The notes under the pieces are model-generated. The model saw only the letters and a list, made by a program, of their open reading frames with translations. It searched no databases and was not told where the DNA came from. Position numbers and translations under genes: made by a program. Source: Selaginella moellendorffii (lineage: Eukaryota > Plantae > Lycopodiophyta). From it: a stretch of 64,000 bases of DNA. Location: assembly GCF_000143415.4 (NCBI RefSeq), contig NW_003314283.1:857769-921768 (forward strand), read 5' to 3'. The stretch's first letter is position 1. Each line of letters opens with the position of its first letter. This document shows positions 62,670 to 64,000 of the stretch, piece by piece.

Positions 62670-63487
62670 TTTGTTGCCTTTAGGTTTTGGAACTTTGAAC
62701 TTTTATAACGAAATGTCACCTCACATGTGCTATGCCATTATGTGAAAAGATAGGGCGATTTTATTCTAGGATCTAACATCGAATAATGTTGTTATAATAA
62801 ATTCTGTATGAAGTATATAGGACTATGTTGTACAATATTAGAAGTCTATATACATTGAATTCAAAGACATACTCAAATTTATTATATGCACTAACTTTTG
62901 GTAGAACGGAAAGAAATATCACCTCAAGCATGTGCCATAATATGAAAGATAGAAATGATGATAGGAATGATTTTATTCTAGGATCTACCATCAACCAATT
63001 GTTGCCAAATAAATTAAATATTGTACATATTTTCAGTACTTCATTAAAGCTAGAAATCATCACATTCTTCTGAACTCATTTAAATATATTCCATCTTTGT
63101 ACTACCATCTATCACCTATAGTAAATTATCTATATACATTGCTTTGGAAATAACACCATACGATTTAATAATCTTATATTTTCTAACAATTTCGTACTGT
63201 GATCAATTCAACACATGCGTCTGTGACATTATTTCACATTATGACATAGTCATATTAGAGCACACCTCCATTATTAAATAACAATTCAAAAGGACTTTGT
63301 CACGTGATCAAATCTAGGGCGGAATAGAAATTGTACAGTGCTAGATTTATTATTTATTGTACAGTGAAAATTTACTGCATCCATGATGAACGGCTGTGAT
63401 GAAAGTTAGGTTAGGGTTAGGGCAGCTGCCGGCGTTAGGGTTTTACAGAAAGTATCGCGGGAAATTGGGAGTAACTGCGGGAACAGA

Positions 63488-64000
63488 ATGCCGCCAAGAG
63501 TAAGTTTTTCCTCCTCCTCCACTCCCTCTCCTCCCCACCCAGCGCCGCCGCGCCCAGCGCCCCCGCGCCCACGCCATGCCCAGCACCGCCACTGCCATGC
63601 CGCCGCTGCCCAGCACCGCCACTGCCATGCCGCCGCTGCCGTGCCGCCGCTGCCCAGCACCGCCACTGCCATGCCGCCGCTGCCCAGCACCGCCACTACC
63701 ATGCCGCCGCTGCCGTGCCGCCGCTGCCCAACATCGCCCACGCCACGCCACGCCACACCAGCGCCGCGCTGCCTAGGGCCACTGCTGCCCAGCACCGCCG
63801 CTGCCAAGTGCCCAGGCCGGGCATTTGGCTGGGCACTCCGCCTGGGCCGGCCAAGTCCACGCAGGCTGGCCAAGGCGCTTGGCTGGCAAAGGCGCCAAGT
63901 GCTTGTGCCAAATGCCCACGCTGGGCATTTGGTGCGAGCCAGCTAAGTCCAAGCGCCAAGGCCAACCGCCTGAGAACCTTGCCTTGGCGCTTGGAGGTGG
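63488..64000 (+). CDS. Probable first micro-exon (MPPR) and GC-rich intron 1 of the MULE-2 cargo gene
   Basis: atgccgccaaga|gtaagt mirrors MULE-1 atgctgccaagg|gtgagt. The intron holds ~30-bp cccagcaccgccactgccatgccgccgctg repeats. Confidence 0.55.

Larger units (their letters stand above)
58722..64000 (-). mobile_element. Second Mutator-like element (MULE-2), inverted relative to MULE-1, extends beyond the window
   Basis: Starts gagcgtggaccatacttgagctc, the reverse complement of the MULE-1 right end. Colinear with 51700-56169. Confidence 0.88.

Noticed and set aside
63406-63965. Ala/Pro/Arg-rich ORFs at the window end
   Set aside because: They derive from GC-rich tandem repeats following a GT donor site, so probably intronic.

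Overview
Eukaryotic land-plant DNA: ATG1 kinase, ERD6-like transporter remnant, TTTAGGG telo-boxes and ~50-60 bp introns. A compact non-seed-plant genome such as Selaginella is my inference. Bases 1-15.2 kb are a small duplicated gene region. It holds an intronless ATG1-like kinase, a hidden two-exon secreted knottin-like peptide gene, Copia remnants, an ERD6-like sugar-transporter pseudogene, a trypsin/HtrA-fold protein lacking the catalytic triad, a rearranged ATG1 pseudogene and a truncated Ty3/Gypsy element. From 15.2 kb to the end is a nested transposon stack with boundaries resolved by TSDs. The base layer is a non-coding LTR element in LTR-INT-LTR-INT form. It is interrupted by (i) a 12.3-kb Sola-like DNA transposon (24-bp TIRs, AAAG TSD), (ii) a ~20-kb Mutator-like element (8-bp TSD) that hosts a young full copy of the same LTR element (GTTGA TSD), and (iii) a second, inverted Mutator-like copy running off the window. 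Main candidate system: both unrelated DNA-transposon superfamilies carry, divergent from the transposase, a spliced gene with a ParB-like domain plus a degenerate N4C/N6A (beta-class) DNA-methyltransferase-like domain, and they share a small SLPxSPYYTPG protein. The Sola element is studded with about 20 or more copies of a 22-bp quasi-palindrome (ATGGCRTG-N6-CAYGCCAT), many placed inside short introns. The MULE also carries two zf-XS-like micro-genes. This looks like a transposon-encoded self-recognition or anti-silencing module. All domain calls are by motif recognition only; no searches were run.
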